Notes: generated by a model not told the origin, from the letters alone. 64,000 nucleotides of DNA from Tubulanus polymorphus (GCF_964204645.1 NC_134025.1:5592871-5656870); one strand, 5' to 3'. Positions 1-16,330 are shown, numbered from the stretch's first letter. Program-made: numbers and translations.

Positions 1-3000
1 ATTTTCAGATCTGATATTTTCCAATACCGTAGTTCGTTTTTTATGTTCGATTTTCTTCTGGTAATGACAGTTTAATAGAACCCCTACGGCAAAAATCAGT
101 GATTTGTTAACATTGGAAAGTATAAGAGAACACTTTTGTTTAACTAATGCAGACTGCGCTGGAGTACACTTTTTGAGGGAAAAGGCTCTCTGTGATGAGT
201 CACGTTTTCAAAGTTCTTATCGATGCAGTGAAACTAAAAGCCGATAGTTTGAAAATTCATTTTTCCAAAAAGCGAATTTCGGAAACTTCAATTATTCACT
301 ACAAAATAAATAAAGCCGCGGGGCTTCTGATAATTTCTATGGAAACTTAGAACGCTTTGATGCGTATGAGCTTTGGCATTCTCGTCGGTTTTTTTCAGCG
401 CGATGACCAAAAGAACATTCGGAAACTTCTATCGAGTTTTCCGTTCTTGTCAAAGTGGATGTTGGTGCGCTTAGTGCTGTGTTATCATGTGTCTTTAATA
501 TCTCTGTTGGCGATGCTTGCTGCATTAGCGACAAATAACGAAATTACTGTTCGTACCACTTTCATCTTCTTTTATTACGTGTCAAATGTCGACGAAATTA
601 GTTTATTACTGCTTTTTCGATATTTACGTCGATATGCAGGTAAAAACACATAAAATCGCCCTCGACTGAGTGCGAGCGATGTTTAACCGTACGACACCGC
701 CATAATTAAACCAAATTCACACCTTGAAACTTGAATTCGTTTCTGAAAACATTTCATAGCTTAATCTAGAATCATTTCCCGAGCTGTTTTATATATGCCA
801 ACGCAAGATGGGTATAGGACACAATGTTCTAATCGATAGAATTGAGGGTTAGATTATCATTTGACATCTACCTATGATTATAGAGAAATATATTCAGTTT
901 GTTTTGTTGTGAACATCAAAATGCACTTCGAACATTAATCAAAGATGACAATGATCTTGCGGATGGTTGAATTTTTGTGTAAAACCCGATGAGAAATTAG
1001 ATGAAAACCTATGACCCGCATTTGAACATAATTTTCGTAGAATTGATCAAAAACCTTTCACACATGAATCAATAGGTTTTAATGAGCTGACGGGTTACTT
1101 TACAGTTCACGCGGTAGTACTCTTTGTTGACTTCAGTTACATCCAATGCTGTTTTCCTTGTGATTTACTTTTTAAAGAAACATGAAAAATCATTATTTGC
1201 ATTTTCTATTCGCGTCGAGATGATGATGAAATATTCAACTTCGAAACGAAAACTTTCAAATCTATCGAACAATTTATGCCGTTTTGATATTCGCCTTCAA
1301 ACATGTCGGGCCTCACGGGAAATCAGACCTTTATACTCCTATTAAACATGTTCGGATCGCGCGCCACTTCTGCTGTTGATGTCGATTTCATTCCAATAAA
1401 ATTGTTGCTGATATTATATGCGAGTCATATGAAAACAACTCGTCGGATGCGTTCGGGATGAATGACGAAGATCAGTTACAACGGATCAACTTCTTCATCT
1501 CATTATCCGACTCGAGCGATTTCATTATTTGATTGAATAGTTTCAACCAGGCAGCCGTGGCTCTCTTTTCGAAGATGTCAATAAAATAGTCATCGCCCTC
1601 TCTGACACGACGCGAAAATTGATCAGTGCTCGGGATTAATTAACGATCTAGGTTTTAGATTACGTGCGCCGTTGATGACGACAATCGCTGCGCATCTCGC
1701 GAATTTCAGAAAATTTCCCTTGTTGTCATATAACAAACATGTGCGCTTAATAATACGCCTATAATGCCGTATCAGTCGCTGAAATATCCGAACTCTCTCC
1801 CGATTTTCTCTCCCAAAATGGATTTGTCCATTTTCTGAGTAGAAATTTTCACATCACTGATTGGATAGTATGAGCAGTCATGTAGAAAATTAAAATGAAG
1901 AGAATAAATTTCCTGAACATCAGTTTGTCATCTCTGTTGCCCGAGATTTTGTGTAGTTGAGGCAGTGACAAATCCAGGGATATGTTAGCAGTCAACTATC
2001 CGATGAAACATGTGTCTATCGAGATCTAATCAATGACGCTATGAAATGTATTAGAAATTAATCTAAGAAATAAAGAAATGACTGCATTATGCAAAGTAAG
2101 GACTTAATCTGCAAGTTGGGATTAATCCCTATAAGGTAGAGAGACAATGGCGTACGGTAAATTTAGAGTATTTTTCAGTAGTAACCTGATAACTTATGCA
2201 GAATTGATAAGCTATATTATGTGGGAGGGTTTAAGATAAACATCGTTCGGTTGTTTTTTTTTTCTTTTAATACCGTGACTGTATCACGCACATTGCAATA
2301 TCTCGAAACTGACTCATAATATCATTCAATAAACAATCGGTTATTGAACTCAACGTAGTTAAGCGATTGATTATGAGTTACAGTTATGACCGATGTAAGG
2401 TCCACTTGTCATTGTAAGATCCTACGCATGTGTGTACGAGAGCTGTGCGGATAGCTTATTGAGCCAGTCAGGTCATTAACTGTCCTGTCAGACTTATATC
2501 AATCATACAATTAATCTAGTAGCAATCCGATAGAGAAGCCGTATGCTGGGATTACATGCTGGATTGTTTTATTTTGTTCGTCTAGATAAACAGTGCATAT
2601 TGGCGATGATAATGACTCGGCCCGGTGTCATTTCACGAGGGGATATATCCCATTTTCATCCGCCAAATTGTCTCCGTGGGAATCCTGCAATTGGAGCTGT
2701 TAGTTAGCCGCAGTGATTAGGTAGTAATTCTTGCAGACATGACCACTGGCCAGTGTTGCTTATTAGATCGGTAATGCCCCAGCTCAGGTGCAGTTATCGT
2801 GTTGGGAATAGTTAAAGAAATATCCTTTCCAACTGTATACCGCAATGAATGAAAAGCGAACTGATTTGCGTCCACTTCCAGCAGAATGAAACCTCTGGAT
2901 AATGTGGCCCGTAAATCAAGTTTCGGCTTATTCCTTAGTAAAAAACCATGAATGGTTTGTCCGACCTTTTCTGAACAAAATTCTTACCTTTGGAGGAACC

Positions 3001-6000
3001 GCTGATGTAGACGACACTACTTTTTACACGGAGGGGTTTCTTGGGGTTTTCAGTATTACCATGGACTCTATAAAACCGAGTCCATCGTATATAACACATC
3101 ATTATCACTTGTCTACTGCAGATGATAATTCAACGTCTTTAATTTCATGTTTACTGCATATCATATTCATCTCGCCTTTGATTTTAGGGTATCAGTCAAA
3201 GTGTGAACATTTCAGACAGACTTATAACATCACATGATTATGTCGCGCGGTATTTTGCGTTAGGTATTTGTATCGGTTGATCATACGTATAAAATAGCTG
3301 ATGACTTTGTTTGCCATATATAATTTGTAGTATTTGTGTTGATAGTTCGTGACATCCAGAGTGCCTACCACTCTGCCGTATATGAATAAATAATAAATGT
3401 CGCTGCTTTTCAAACCCGTCATCGGCTGGTCATTTCTGAGTAATCCGAGGCCGCGGTAATCCCCTCTTGGATACATACGCAAGGAACAACGTTTAATATG
3501 ATTTTGTCTTATGCAACCGATTTCGTACTGCGAGAGATGTTAGATAAAAGCGAATCTGTATTTTATCTGTGTAGTTGTAGTCTAGTCACCGGTACCAACG
3601 AGAGTTTGTTATGTGATGATCCTGTGACTTGAGAGTCTTCCATCGAGATATTTCGTTCGCGATAAAATCGTCTAATCTCATTACAGACCTTCTACGTATA
3701 TACTGTGTTATCGTATATATCTATGTATTGCGCAAAATTTTCGCTGCAGCATTCTCAACATCAATTACAGAATTGAATTTCATAATTTAGCCATATATGT
3801 CACTGTATCGCTCCAGCCATCTGACTGAACCAGTACCATATGAAGAATATGTGTATCCATGTTGACATACACTATTTTTAAAAAAGGACTTCTGATTCGA
3901 ATTTTGAAATGAATATACAAATATGATTGCGTGATAACGATCAATATGAAAACCTTCTAGCATTATATGTATCTGTTTATGCATCTATTTCTCATCCCAT
4001 TTTGGTCAAGAAAGTGGATTTTATCCACCATAGACCGCAATACAGATGATGACAATGTAGTTTAGGTAATTGTATCAATATGCTACTCAAGACAAATAGT
4101 GGCTAAACAGCGCATAATGAATTGCTCCCAAATGAAAACGCCGAAGGATATGTCTTTAATACCTGGATGTTTTCGTAGAAATGGCCATCAAGAAAAAGAA
4201 GTATTTTACCGAAACGAGACCAGGTGCTATAGTAATGTAGAAACAACACATACTTTCTTGTTTAGCCAGCAAAACATGGTTCTTGTTACCTGAAAGTCTG
4301 CCGAAGCCAGGATCTACGCAGCTGGATCACGACCCTGGGAATATTTTTAGGTGTAAAGGGATTCAAAAATGATCTTTGGTAACAGTTGTTTTACTTAGTT
4401 AATGAAACGAGGTTAGATATGATAGATAGATTGTTTCAAAATTGTATACAATACCACGCGTCAAGCCATAGATCAATATATTCAATTTCCAGTTTAGAAA
4501 TGTCACTTTGAATTTTGAATTTGAACTTGATAACAATTTTTTTTCAGTTTCCTTGGAAAATAAAGGACTTGGAAAAGTAGTTACCATATTTTCAGACTCG
4601 CCGTAACTTAACACAAAACATTAGATGTAAAGTTAGCCGAGGAATTTTCGATGTAATAGGTTCTCACAGATATACTCTAGTTTAACCTGCGGAGGAATAA
4701 TTTCTGCCCTTTGCTTTACGTTTTTTCTCTCTAAGTGCCGCGGTTTATCGAGAAACAAATCTGTTTACATTCTGTCGAAAAAAAAAACGGGAAGAAGGAT
4801 TTTTCTCCGAGAAAAACTGCCTTTAATGCACGCAGCGGTCAATGCTTTGTTATGGCAGCCGCATGTGCCCGCATCACTCACATTTATGCAATATGCATAC
4901 AATGCATGTTGCGTAGAGTAATATCTCGGTAAAGAACCAGCGCGAAAAAACAAGAGAGAACTGATGGCAGGAATGTATATGCCTGGATGCGCTCTATTCT
5001 GGCTGTCTATGCTAATTTACTGAACCGTGGCTAAATTCGCGCAGGTAAAAGTCGGTGCTCAGACCTTATTGAATTTTTACGCGAAACTCTCCACTTTCTG
5101 ATTCAGACTGAGAGTTTCGAAGGAAAATGGTGTTTGTCGGTTGTACGTTTTTCTTTTTCCTCTCAACTGATCGTTGCAAAGCGTTTGACTTTTCGAGCCT
5201 TTCCAATCAGTACACACACTGAAAATAAAAAAGATTAATAGCAAATCTTTTGACTCTTTAACAGAAAGTTTTAAATGTCACTAAGAGTATAATCTTATTT
5301 TGAATTGCTAGTATCAAAAAATCATTTTCACTAAAGGTCCTGTGATTGCGTGGTCGACAATTTCTAAATAGATCTTCAAAACCAAGGGTTCTCATGCGAA
5401 TCGCTTGTAAGACGATAGAAACTTTCAAACATCCTTATTTCCGTCAAGCCCGTACTCATTTGATACGCATCTTAACTTTGTGTAGAAGATGAAGTGCACT
5501 TATAAAAGAAATGCGAGAGAGATGCATAAAAGAAATTGACCAGAAAGAAAATATGATATATTCTGGGCAGTGCTACTGTAGGTACCATAATCAAGCAAAT
5601 TGGATTGATAGTGAATATTTACGATCTCATCATTTTTGCCGTGATAAGAAACTCTATATTTGTGGGAAAATCAATTCGAATATTTGATGCTCGCGTACCT
5701 GGTGTGCATCCAAGTTGAAACGCTTTACTTTCGACGATTCGCAGTTCAACCGAAAGACGTTTGAGCTAATGACTAGATATTTGTTTCATAAATGTAAATT
5801 AGTCTCACTTCAAAAGGCATTAGTTAGTTTGAAATTGTGCAACGGCGTGTCATTTTCTTATAGCCGTCGGGCGTTTTGCAATTAGAAAGTTGACTGTGTG
5901 AGCTGGAAATTTCTATTAAAATGTAGATTGCCTCTCTTCCATAAGTAAAGAATCTTGCTAATGATGCCCGATTGCAGGTTAGTTTGCCGATGATCATGAG

Positions 6001-9000
6001 TTTGGTAATAAGTATACAAGAATCTCTCTATGATGATCTTAGAGAGTCAATGGTCGCGTGCGCACCGGTGCAATGAGTTTCTAATTGTCTCAATGTCCCC
6101 GGTAATCATCAGCCCCAACGACGACGTGCCTATTCCGTAGTCTTATCATCAATTGGATCAATTCACCAGTGTCGTCTGATTAACCAGGCTTCGGTTATGC
6201 AGTGTTTTAACTTCAGATCAGATCTTGTTAGCGGGTGTAAAAGGCTCTCTATCCGCGCGGAGCAAAGTTCAGCTTTATTTCTCGCAGCACTCGGCCAATG
6301 ATTAATTGGATTCGATGCCATCAACTTGTAAAATACGCACTTTACATGACTAATTTGGCCACTCGCTCGCAGATTTCGATTGGCCCTTGACAGATAAATT
6401 ATTTATTCCAATCAGCTACTATTACTACTCGAGCTATAAAGATTTTACTGTAACACATTCGACAATTACGATTTTAGGTTGGTAGTACGGATATATTTGC
6501 ATAAATGACCTCCTATATACTTTAAGACAGGATTGCGTTGGTGACGAAATGACGATCGATTCTGAAAAATCCATATTTTTGCATAATAAAGAAGAAAGTT
6601 CGCTGAAATCAGCGTACGGCCAAATATGGGATGAAAGATATCTGTCTAACCAAAAAACAACCAAATTATCAGCTTTAAATGAACTCTATAGAAAAAAAGT
6701 CATTTATGACGCATTTACTCTCGCTGATCTCCATCAGCGTAGGTGGCTGGATGCTAGTACTGCATCCCTTCTCGAGTACCCTTCATATCCAGGGTCCGGT
6801 GAAATTTCCCCGTTTCACTTATCTGCTAGTGACACATTTCATGTCGGGTGATGATCTCTTAATTGTCGCTGAATGGACATTAGCCTGCGATAGTATATTG
6901 CAAGAAGCACTTGGCAAACGGTTGAAATGTCCGTCGATAAATGCATGACGCTGGCTGTAAATGACCAGTCTCCGGCGACGGTTTCAAATTTGAACACAAC
7001 GCAACTAAAACTCATCTTCAAACTCAATGAACACGTTGCCGAGAAATTGGAAATTCTCTTTGCCCTGCAACGAGGTTATAGGCCGTTACTTCCAGGTATA
7101 ACTAGGGGTCATAACAGGCATGCATATATTTACATCACCTGGATATTATGCCTTTGTAATGTTGCTATGTCAGCTGCTATGAGCATAAAGTGTTTCTTTT
7201 TTCGACAAGAATGTAAACAATATTACGCATACAAACGGTCGTCATATTTTCATAAACAAGATTAGAAACATTTTGAATACACATCGACGTCGAGGCCACG
7301 CAAGGTTAAATTCTGACGCGAAAATAGTTTTTCACAGTTTACATATTTACAACTGCGTAATAAGTCAAAATCAATCGTTATTGCGCTTATGGATGAAGAA
7401 ATTAGGAATCTCAAATCTGCATCTACTAGATTCTTGAAACCCACTTTAGGTCCCATTCTCGGTATAGCCATAATCTATTTCCAAGATGTCATGAAATCGT
7501 TCTCTTGCTGTGTCCTGTTGTGAGCTTTCAGATCAAATTTCCTGAAACATAAAATCATATACCGGGTTTCTAATGGTATTTTTGAGAATCCAGAAGTAAA
7601 TCTAATTTTTAGTTGACCTTATTTCGAAATTCACCTGAAGAGAAAGATTTCTTAAGTCAATCGCCTGTTCACCTTTTAACACACAACTTCAATTAGACAA
7701 CATCTGTCTCTTATCCCATGATCCGGGAAGTTCTGATCGTAGCGATTGAAATTTGTGGAGTTAAGTCGAGTCTTGATTCAATCGATGAACAAAAATGATT
7801 TTTCGAGACGTCACTACTCAGAACAAGATGTTCTTTGTATCTTACAGACCTGTAGTAACAGGGAAAACGTAAGACAAAACAAAAAGATTCATTGGATGAT
7901 GCGCCCTCGTTTAGAACCTTTGACCTGAAAACGTGTCACCCTACTTTACGTGAAAACATGTCTCTTCAGGGTGTGCCTGGTGCTGAAACCGATGCACAAA
8001 TATATCGACGAAACGGCGTCAGTCCTACAATTCTGTAATGTAAATTTGGTGTTTCAGGCACCAGCCTGGTGGTCTCACCTGCTCGCGTGGACATAATATT
8101 ACGATCGTTATTTTATCATTAACAAATTGTGTTTAATGTATTTGTCCAGTACTCGATAGTTCAAGCGCCCTTATTAACCGAACGTGTAAAATCATCAACT
8201 GAGGTGTGTCTCAGTCACTGGGGAGACAACGCCATATTTCTTATCACAGCTGGTCGACATTTATTCAACAACAATGTAGCCATCACCTTAATTGATATAG
8301 AACAATGTGAACCTTGTGATTGCACTCAGACTGATTTTCTTTCAGTTTTTCCTTCAAAATCTATTTGAATATCTTCAGTGACTTAAGAAATAATCCAAGT
8401 ATCCTTATGATAAAAGATATCTACCCTCAAGTTGCGACTTAAGCTACACACTTCTATCTTTATGTTCTATATTTTTGTGTCACTATCATCTGTTCTTTCG
8501 ATGACGATTCCGTTATTTGCGATCGTTAAAATGCGTAGCGCATTTATGATATGATAATAACGCGAACAAGGGATGAATTCAACCATCCTAGATCCAGCGT
8601 GTGGAATTATGATCAGCCCCAGATGAAGCTTGTGCATTATGCATCTGTTTGTGTTGAGAACCGATGTCCAAGACGTATACATCATTTTCTTTTCGTCATT
8701 GGGCTTTAGTTCGTCCCACGGGTCGACATTACCTTCCTACAAACTGCCCGCCAGTGTTTCATGCCTGACACATTCTCCTTAATTGGGACATATTCATTCC
8801 AGGCATTTTTGACGATGATCTCTATTCAAGACTTAATGCGCGACTAAATGACACGACTGGGATCGTGGTTTAGTGGATCAAACGCCTGGCTGAGAATCTT
8901 TTACTAAACATGAAATTTATAGCATTTCGGGCATCACGTTCTCGATTCTGAAGTGATTTTATCGACTAGTAAAGACTAAACTCAATTTATGGAGTCCACA

Positions 9001-9435
9001 ATTTCCCATTTAGACCCCGCAGTTTTGGTGATCTTATAATACCACTCGCTTTTCAACATTTGGGAATTCCTTTATATAAATATTGGCCCCACTTGCGAAG
9101 AAATGTGACCGACAGGCGACATGATGGAGGTAGCCGTTGACCAAACAGCTCCTCGACATAAGACAACATGAATATGTCACATGTGTGCACCACTTCTTCA
9201 TAGTCACTGACAAATTATTATTGCACAGTCATTGATCATAACCCGAGTAAGAGTAAAAATGTTAATTGGATCAGTCTCCCCGAAGGATGAGTATTTCATC
9301 ACGACCATCGCTACTACGTGTCAGAAACGCATGTGGCTGAATTTCGAAAATACAACAGCCCCGGACATCGCACACATTACATGGGTTTCTTCACTAACAA
9401 TATATGATCGCAAGTGAAAGTCAGTTATTTACTTT

Positions 9436-9446
9436 GATTGGCCAAT
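9436..9446. promoter_or_regulatory. Palindromic double CCAAT box (GATTGGCCAAT) with a TATA-like ATATATTTAAG about 90 bp downstream
   Basis: Resembles an NF-Y site with TATA spacing, but no convincing downstream coding exon was found. Confidence 0.2.
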
Positions 9447-12400
9447 GTTGCGCGACGCGAAGCAAATAAATCATCGCAACGCTAAGCTCAGTTGTTTCGA
9501 TTGTCCGATCTACTACGAATGTGTGAAAAATCCATATATTTAAGTGGAAGTTTTCATGGAAATAAATTAATATTTCCCCAGAGCGCGTCCCAAGACAGCC
9601 ATTTGCTGCTGTAGTCTTAGACAGTGTTTGATAAAGTGTTGTGACAGGACAATCTCAGCGCTGCAAATCCGCAACCATGTCCAGATTCAGGTCTCCGTCC
9701 CAACTGTGATATCTGACATTAGATAGTATTTGTTGGTTTTAGCGTACCAGATTGGATTTGCGCATCACTTGGAAAAGGCCTACCAGAAATACAGTCAAGT
9801 TGATTATATTATCTATCCAAATAATTTGGGCTCACCTGCAATGCTATATTGATCTCAGTGATTGTGTAAAGGGTAATCATTGAAAATCCTGATAGAATAT
9901 TTAAACTAAACTCGGTCGACAGTTTTTATTTGATGGGCAAGTTTTCTTTGCGCAAGTTGACGATTTAGCAGACACATCGACGCTTACTTCAGGGTATCTA
10001 CACGGATGGCGAACACAAAACCACGGAGTTTGACGGAAGTGCAATTATATGTTTCAGTGATAATCAAACCTAGCGTTTGTTTCCGTCTTCTTCCATTTTT
10101 TAAATAATTTTCACGTCATCTCGTTGTAGTTTTGATCAAGCATCGATCTCTGATTATTGGGCGCCGCATCTTGCTTTTAATTTGCTCAATGCTGAACAAA
10201 CACGGCGTCATTGATTTCTCGTGAGCGCTGAGGCTCCGTCTCTGCGACGACGACAACCGACACTCGCGCTCTGACTCACGACATTCACTTGATAAAGTAA
10301 ATTTCTCGCCCCGTGTTCATATTCGCCGCGGCACAAATGGCATTTGCGTCGTAGTCCGCGATTTGTAACCATTCAACTGAGCTGTGGGAGTTGAGATGCA
10401 ATCTTGTGACTGGTATTAACTCTATGTCATACATCATCATCCACTATCCAAAGCGGATCATTGTTGTGTTCCGCTCGTCGTAATATTTTGTGCTCGCCTC
10501 TATCTGCATCTCTTTCTCTGAAGTCTAATCGTCAAATCAGAATATCGCTCTTAAAGGGACCCCGATTGGTTTAATAAACCATTTGCAGTAAAGTGCCACG
10601 TAATGTGGTTTGCTCTTTTATGGTCCCATATCTGAAATGCGCTTTTTATAGGTGTGTTACCTCATGCTGATTATAATCGTTACGAGTTTCTTCCTTTATT
10701 GGTGAAAGTAGATCTTCTAATTCTATTCTCTTGTACTGTTACCATTCTTTTTTCTTTCGGAATAAGGATATGGCCCTAATATTGCCTAATAGTTTGCAGA
10801 CTCTAAATAGTGGCAATGAAATGGAAGGTTGGTAATTTTGGAATCAAAATCAATATACACTGAAACAGTAATTAGGAGTTAAACGTCTTTGTAGGTGGAA
10901 TTGAGAACCCAGATTTTACTAGAGATCTAGTAACTGTAGCACTTTGAACGTTTAACATGTTGTTTCCAGAAGAGCACCAAAGATTATTTGACCAACACCT
11001 AATACACCTGACTAAACACATGGCTCGATGGATTCATTTCATATTCTCATTAGAGTAGAGATAACCAATTTATGAAATTGATTTACAATTAAACATCAAT
11101 AAAGATTTTAATGAGACTACGCCATCATTACATAACGCTTTGATGTGCAAAACAGCTAACGACACTTAAAAACATGATTAAAATCGTAAAATGCTTTCGG
11201 GGCCCGGAGATGAACTGTTGACAAGACGCTTGATTACGCTTTAAGGAAAACCCGTATTAATATTTGTTTAACCTCGCTTCGTCCGTGTCTTACATGAAAA
11301 ATCTGCATATAAGTCCGATAGCTTCGGACTGTAATCGAACCTTGGAAACATAAAATTGTTCAATTGATCGAAACTGCTGCCTAAAACATATCCATGTCCA
11401 AGTATTGTATTTCTGCAAGCTGGGGGTTCAAAGCAGTGCTACGTGTTTTTATGTGTTCACAAGTTGTTTACAGAAATCATGTAAGTTCATAATGTTGGGT
11501 TCATCGAGGGGCTCAAGACCACAAATGAGGTTTAATTTCGAAATTTTCCTTTTGAGCCCTAGTTATGAGCCCTACTCTACATATCCATACACATAGTGCT
11601 TCCATCCCGCTTTATAACCCATTATCGTATTGCACATCAAGAGAAACGTGATATTCTTGAAAAACGAATTAATTGTGATTTTTTGTTTCGTTATTTTGTC
11701 TTTCAGTGCCAGAATGGGTGTACAGTATGGCAGGGAGCAGTGCTGGACAAATCATGTCAAGCTATGTGTGTAAGTTGAATAATTTGATTCGCTCGTTACC
11801 GGAAATTATTCGGTTTTAAATGAATTCAGTAGGAATTCAGTTCCACAGTCATGAGTTAACTTTGATTTTAATGAGTTCATTTCTAATGAGTTAAAATGTT
11901 CAAAACTTAAGAACTTGGTTTCGGAGAGTTTGTAAAAACTCTTTTACTGTTTTCGTTCATGATGAAAGTTGAATGGAGAGAATTTTTCATTATGTTCATG
12001 CCTTTCGCGCATGTCAGCAACGAATTCACTTTTTGAATTGACGCGCTGCTGAATTCTGTCTAAATCTAATAATTCGGCAAAACTGAAAAATCATAAAATT
12101 GTAAATTGCATTCTGGCTGGTTGCGGCCGACCGGCAAAGTGGCCAATGGTGGCGTTCACTGAGGCTGAGATAATTCGATATTAAATGGCTCCGGTGTCAG
12201 AGCTGCGGGCGAGGAATGATTAACTGAAATCCTCATCGAAGATACATTTCACTGACATTTAGTTGAATTTAAAAACATATCTGATCCCTGAGGGGCTGCT
12301 GAGCTTACTGCGCTAAATCTTCTACGTACTAAGATTCTGAAAGATTGAGTTTCATAATAAATAATGTGAAATTCTTTTTGGAAAACTAGGCAGCTTATTG

Positions 12401-14590
12401 TGTTATCCATATTCTTACTGTGCGGCCTTTTTCGATAGTCAACATTATTGGAGGCTAAAATGTTAATAATTTGTTTCAGGCTCGCGTAGGCGCATACCCA
12501 TACCATGGGATAGTTAAAACTAAAAGATATATATGAATTGAAATATCAGGTTTTCGCGTAATGTTATTTTTTCTGTAACTGACTCCAGCTCGTGTGCACC
12601 TGATGCAACGAAGCTAATATCGAGTTAAGCCAGTCACTTGAAGATGTCAGTGGCGGACGTAGGCTCGAATTATTACCAAGTAGTCATGTGCCGAGTTGTG
12701 AATTTATTTTTACAACCAGATTAGGTTCATTAGAAAACATATCAGTGCAATTAACGTAATGATTTGTATGTAAGCGTGAAACGTTCGAATTCAATGAATT
12801 CTAGACTTCACAATAAATGAGCGTCGCTTGTCAGAATTGTGACAAGTCAAATGTTACGTCGTTATGCATTTAAACACAAGATAGAGACCCGTGTTTATGG
12901 GTGAATTTTTACTGAAATATACATAATACCTTAACAAGAGTAGCGCAGTCCACTTTCTTCCCAAGGTTTACTTAAACTACGGTGTTTAACCCGATTAGCG
13001 GAGTCCATGAACATGAAGATGATACATCTTGTGATAAAAGGTTAATGTCAGGTAGATGCACGTGAGATGGTGAATATTTTCATTAATGATATATGAAAGA
13101 ATAGGCGATTTTTTGGTTGTTATTTTACTCGAGTTTGATCGGTGGCCTGATGAATCAGCTGCCATCAATCATGAGATCGCTGAGATACTGCATGGATAAC
13201 ACGCATGCTGCTTTGACCCATGAGAATTAAAAAGAAATTCTCCGCTATTTTACAGCCATTATTTTCTTTGGGTGGTTTGACAAATCCATTTACCGTCACG
13301 ATCTTATTATCATTTTGCTACCGAAATTCGTGATAAACTGATAAGTTTCCTGCCAAAAAAACGGATTCATCTAATAGAAAAAAACCGTGAAATCTAACTC
13401 TTTATCATAAACCTTGCTTTGAATAACTTTCTGTTGAATTCAAAGGTTTGAATTAAGAGTTGTTTTTTCTATAAAACTTGCTTTTCCTTAAATATCAACT
13501 CTTGGTATTCCGGGACTGACTCGTAGCTCGTATAATAATCTCTCCGTTTACATTCCGTCCCGTTTAACGCTCCAGGGATACGAGTAAAAAACGACAATAC
13601 AATAGGCGGTTTGTGAAGGTATACTGGGCTAGTCAGAAAAGACGCTCGTAATCATGTTATTACAAACGAGTTTTTCATCAATTTCGAGCGATTCTGTTGA
13701 TAAATACAGCGGCAGATATCGTACACAGATGTGTGGTCGATCTTAACCGGTATTTTAACCACGCGTAACATATAGTAAAACATCGCTTATGTAATTCACT
13801 AGAAAATATTGCATAACGCGAGTGCGCACGTTCGGGCCTTCAAGTGTCCTTAGGAAATTCAATAGACTGAGGAAAATTAGTTTTTTTAAGCTAATAAAGA
13901 AATGTGAAGATGGAAGCTAGTTTATAGATGGGTTCTCGTTACAAATTGTTGGTGTCGATTTTCATTTGTTTTTATCAACTCAAATTATTTTCGTGGTCGA
14001 TGTGTGTTACTTATTACACGCAGTCTGATATCGTTCAGCTTATCATCAATTGGCGTCTCGTCTCAAATTTTACCAATCGTTCTTGAATCAATGGCTGGAT
14101 GAAAGTTGGCCAAACTCTCTCCTTCGCGGTCTCGTCGTTTCTGCGTAACGTAAAACCCATAAATAATATCTTTTGAAGGTCTGATTAAGTCGTGACTTGA
14201 AGAAGAAAAATCTCTGCTGGTAGCGGCTCGAGATTAATGCACTAACGGGAGGACAACGGGATTAAAGACCAGGGTTAAACTAAGGAGATTATTCTTTCAT
14301 TAATTTTGCCGCGTACTTTTTTTGAACTGCATTTAACTTCAGGTGCAGTAGATAGAAAAGAACCTGAGAATACCCGAGAAGCATTTTCTAAAAGTTGGAA
14401 CAAATCATTTTGTCCGTTCTTTTCATAGTATCGTAATTCATTTACGGAAATTTCCTATGCGTCCTGAAATATTTGGTACGCAGTAGGGATTTTTTTCCAC
14501 TAATGTCAGGGACATTTTCTAAGCCTATTCATTGTTTTTGCACCTAAATAACATTCGACACGTAAACAGTATTCATTGCGATGGCTAGGA

Positions 14591-14940
<350 letters not shown>

Positions 14941-16199
14941 ATACACGAAAAATAAAAATCCCGCAGTAGATCAAAATTATTTATTAACAGTTATCGGGCA
15001 ATTAATTATCTGAAACAATCTGACCCAATTTCCGCGTATGGTTGTAATTAATTATGGCGTTAGTTACGGTATTAATCACGTATATACGTATGCCCTTTAT
15101 CGTAGTTGCTATGAGATGAAGACCACAACATCAGAATCACGTGTTTTATAGAAAAATAACCCGCTATCTCCGCTGAATATAATTCATTCAAATCACGTGC
15201 TGAAAAATGTGAGATCGTTTCAATAAACCGAAATAAAAATTCTGCAAAAAACTGCACCAAACTTATAATATAGGTATGCTGTTTGAATATATATCAGCTT
15301 TCATAAATTTACACGTGCGTAGAATGAACATTTGTTTAATTACTGATTTCAAGTAAGTTGGAAAGATGCATTATCATCTTTGGTTCAGGGTGGGAACAGG
15401 GTATACGGAGGTTGTATCCTTGATCATCGTTGGCCGACGTGAGAGCTTGGTGCGGCGCACGGCTTCACTCCAGTATCACATCAATCATAAAACTGTAGTA
15501 GCACCGCTAATGAACCACTGTGACCGAGGCTTATACTTATCATTTATGTTTTAATTAATGGTGTATTGTGCTATAGCGGCATGTCTCGGAAGATGACGTA
15601 TGGACTGTGACCGATAATTGATCTCGGGTGTTTGAAATACGGCGTCGTGCGATACGCCGAAAACATGCTTAAAAAGCGGTGATTTTTACGACGCTTTCGA
15701 CGCACGCAGGCTAAAGTACGTCGTAAAGAATCGCTCAGAAAATTATATCAATTGATCCGCGAATACATGTACCGGGCATAATTACACCATGACCCGTAGT
15801 AAACAGTAGTAGTTTTTACGACAGGAGCCGCTTTGAATTTTACAATTCTCCAAAGAATCATCATTACATTCTACACGAAATGAAGTATATAATGGAAATA
15901 AGATCGTTGGATGAGTTATAACTTTTATGTCAAAAGAAGACAATACGTATTCACTGCCCTAATGGCATACGCCCAGATATAACCACATTTTCATTGCTAT
16001 CAAACCAAAACCCAGCAGGTTTTTAATCAATATCTCAAGCAACTATTTTGGAATGATATCAAACCGAACCTAGACTAGGTTTCGGTAAATCTGTAAACCC
16101 GATAGAAGGCCGGTAAAGAGTTTGGCATCCGGAATTGGTATTCCGAAACTGTAATACGTTCAATCGAAACCTGCCTAAAATTGTTAATGTATTGTGTTT

Positions 16200-16330
16200 G
16201 TTCGTGTATGTTAGCGAGCGCGTGCGCGAGGCTCGATCTCGGACCTCCGGCCTCGGAGGCGATCATCTAACCCATTCGCGGCCACCGGATCGGGGCAATC
16301 GTTCCTCCTTCAGAACTAATAGTTAGCCGT
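16200..16330. other. Isolated GC-rich island containing the perfect hairpin CCTCCGgcCTCGGAGG (16244-16259)
   Basis: gcgagcgcgtgcgcgaggctcgatctcggacctccggcctcggaggcgatcatctaaccc... sits in an otherwise AT-rich region. It does not fold as a tRNA. Confidence 0.3.

Noticed and set aside
6549-7095. Possible gene, ORFs MTIDSEKSIFLHNKEE... and ...LKLIFKLNEHVAEKLEILFALQRGYRPLLPG with a GGTATAAC donor.
   Set aside because: No recognisable family and inconsistent frames between pieces. Mentioned only as a candidate transcription unit near the CCAAT clusters.
8850-8910. Box-A-like motif TGGTTTAGTGG suggesting a tRNA or Pol III element.
   Set aside because: No box B, no anticodon stem or T arm. Probably a chance match or a badly degraded SINE head.
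16200-16330. Possible tRNA gene or tRNA-derived SINE in the GC-rich island (T-loop-like ATCGAGC flanked by CGAG/CTCG).
   Set aside because: No cloverleaf can be drawn. There is no complementary acceptor stem, and the anticodon-arm candidate is a 6-bp stem with a 4-nt loop. Kept only as an unexplained GC-rich hairpin island.
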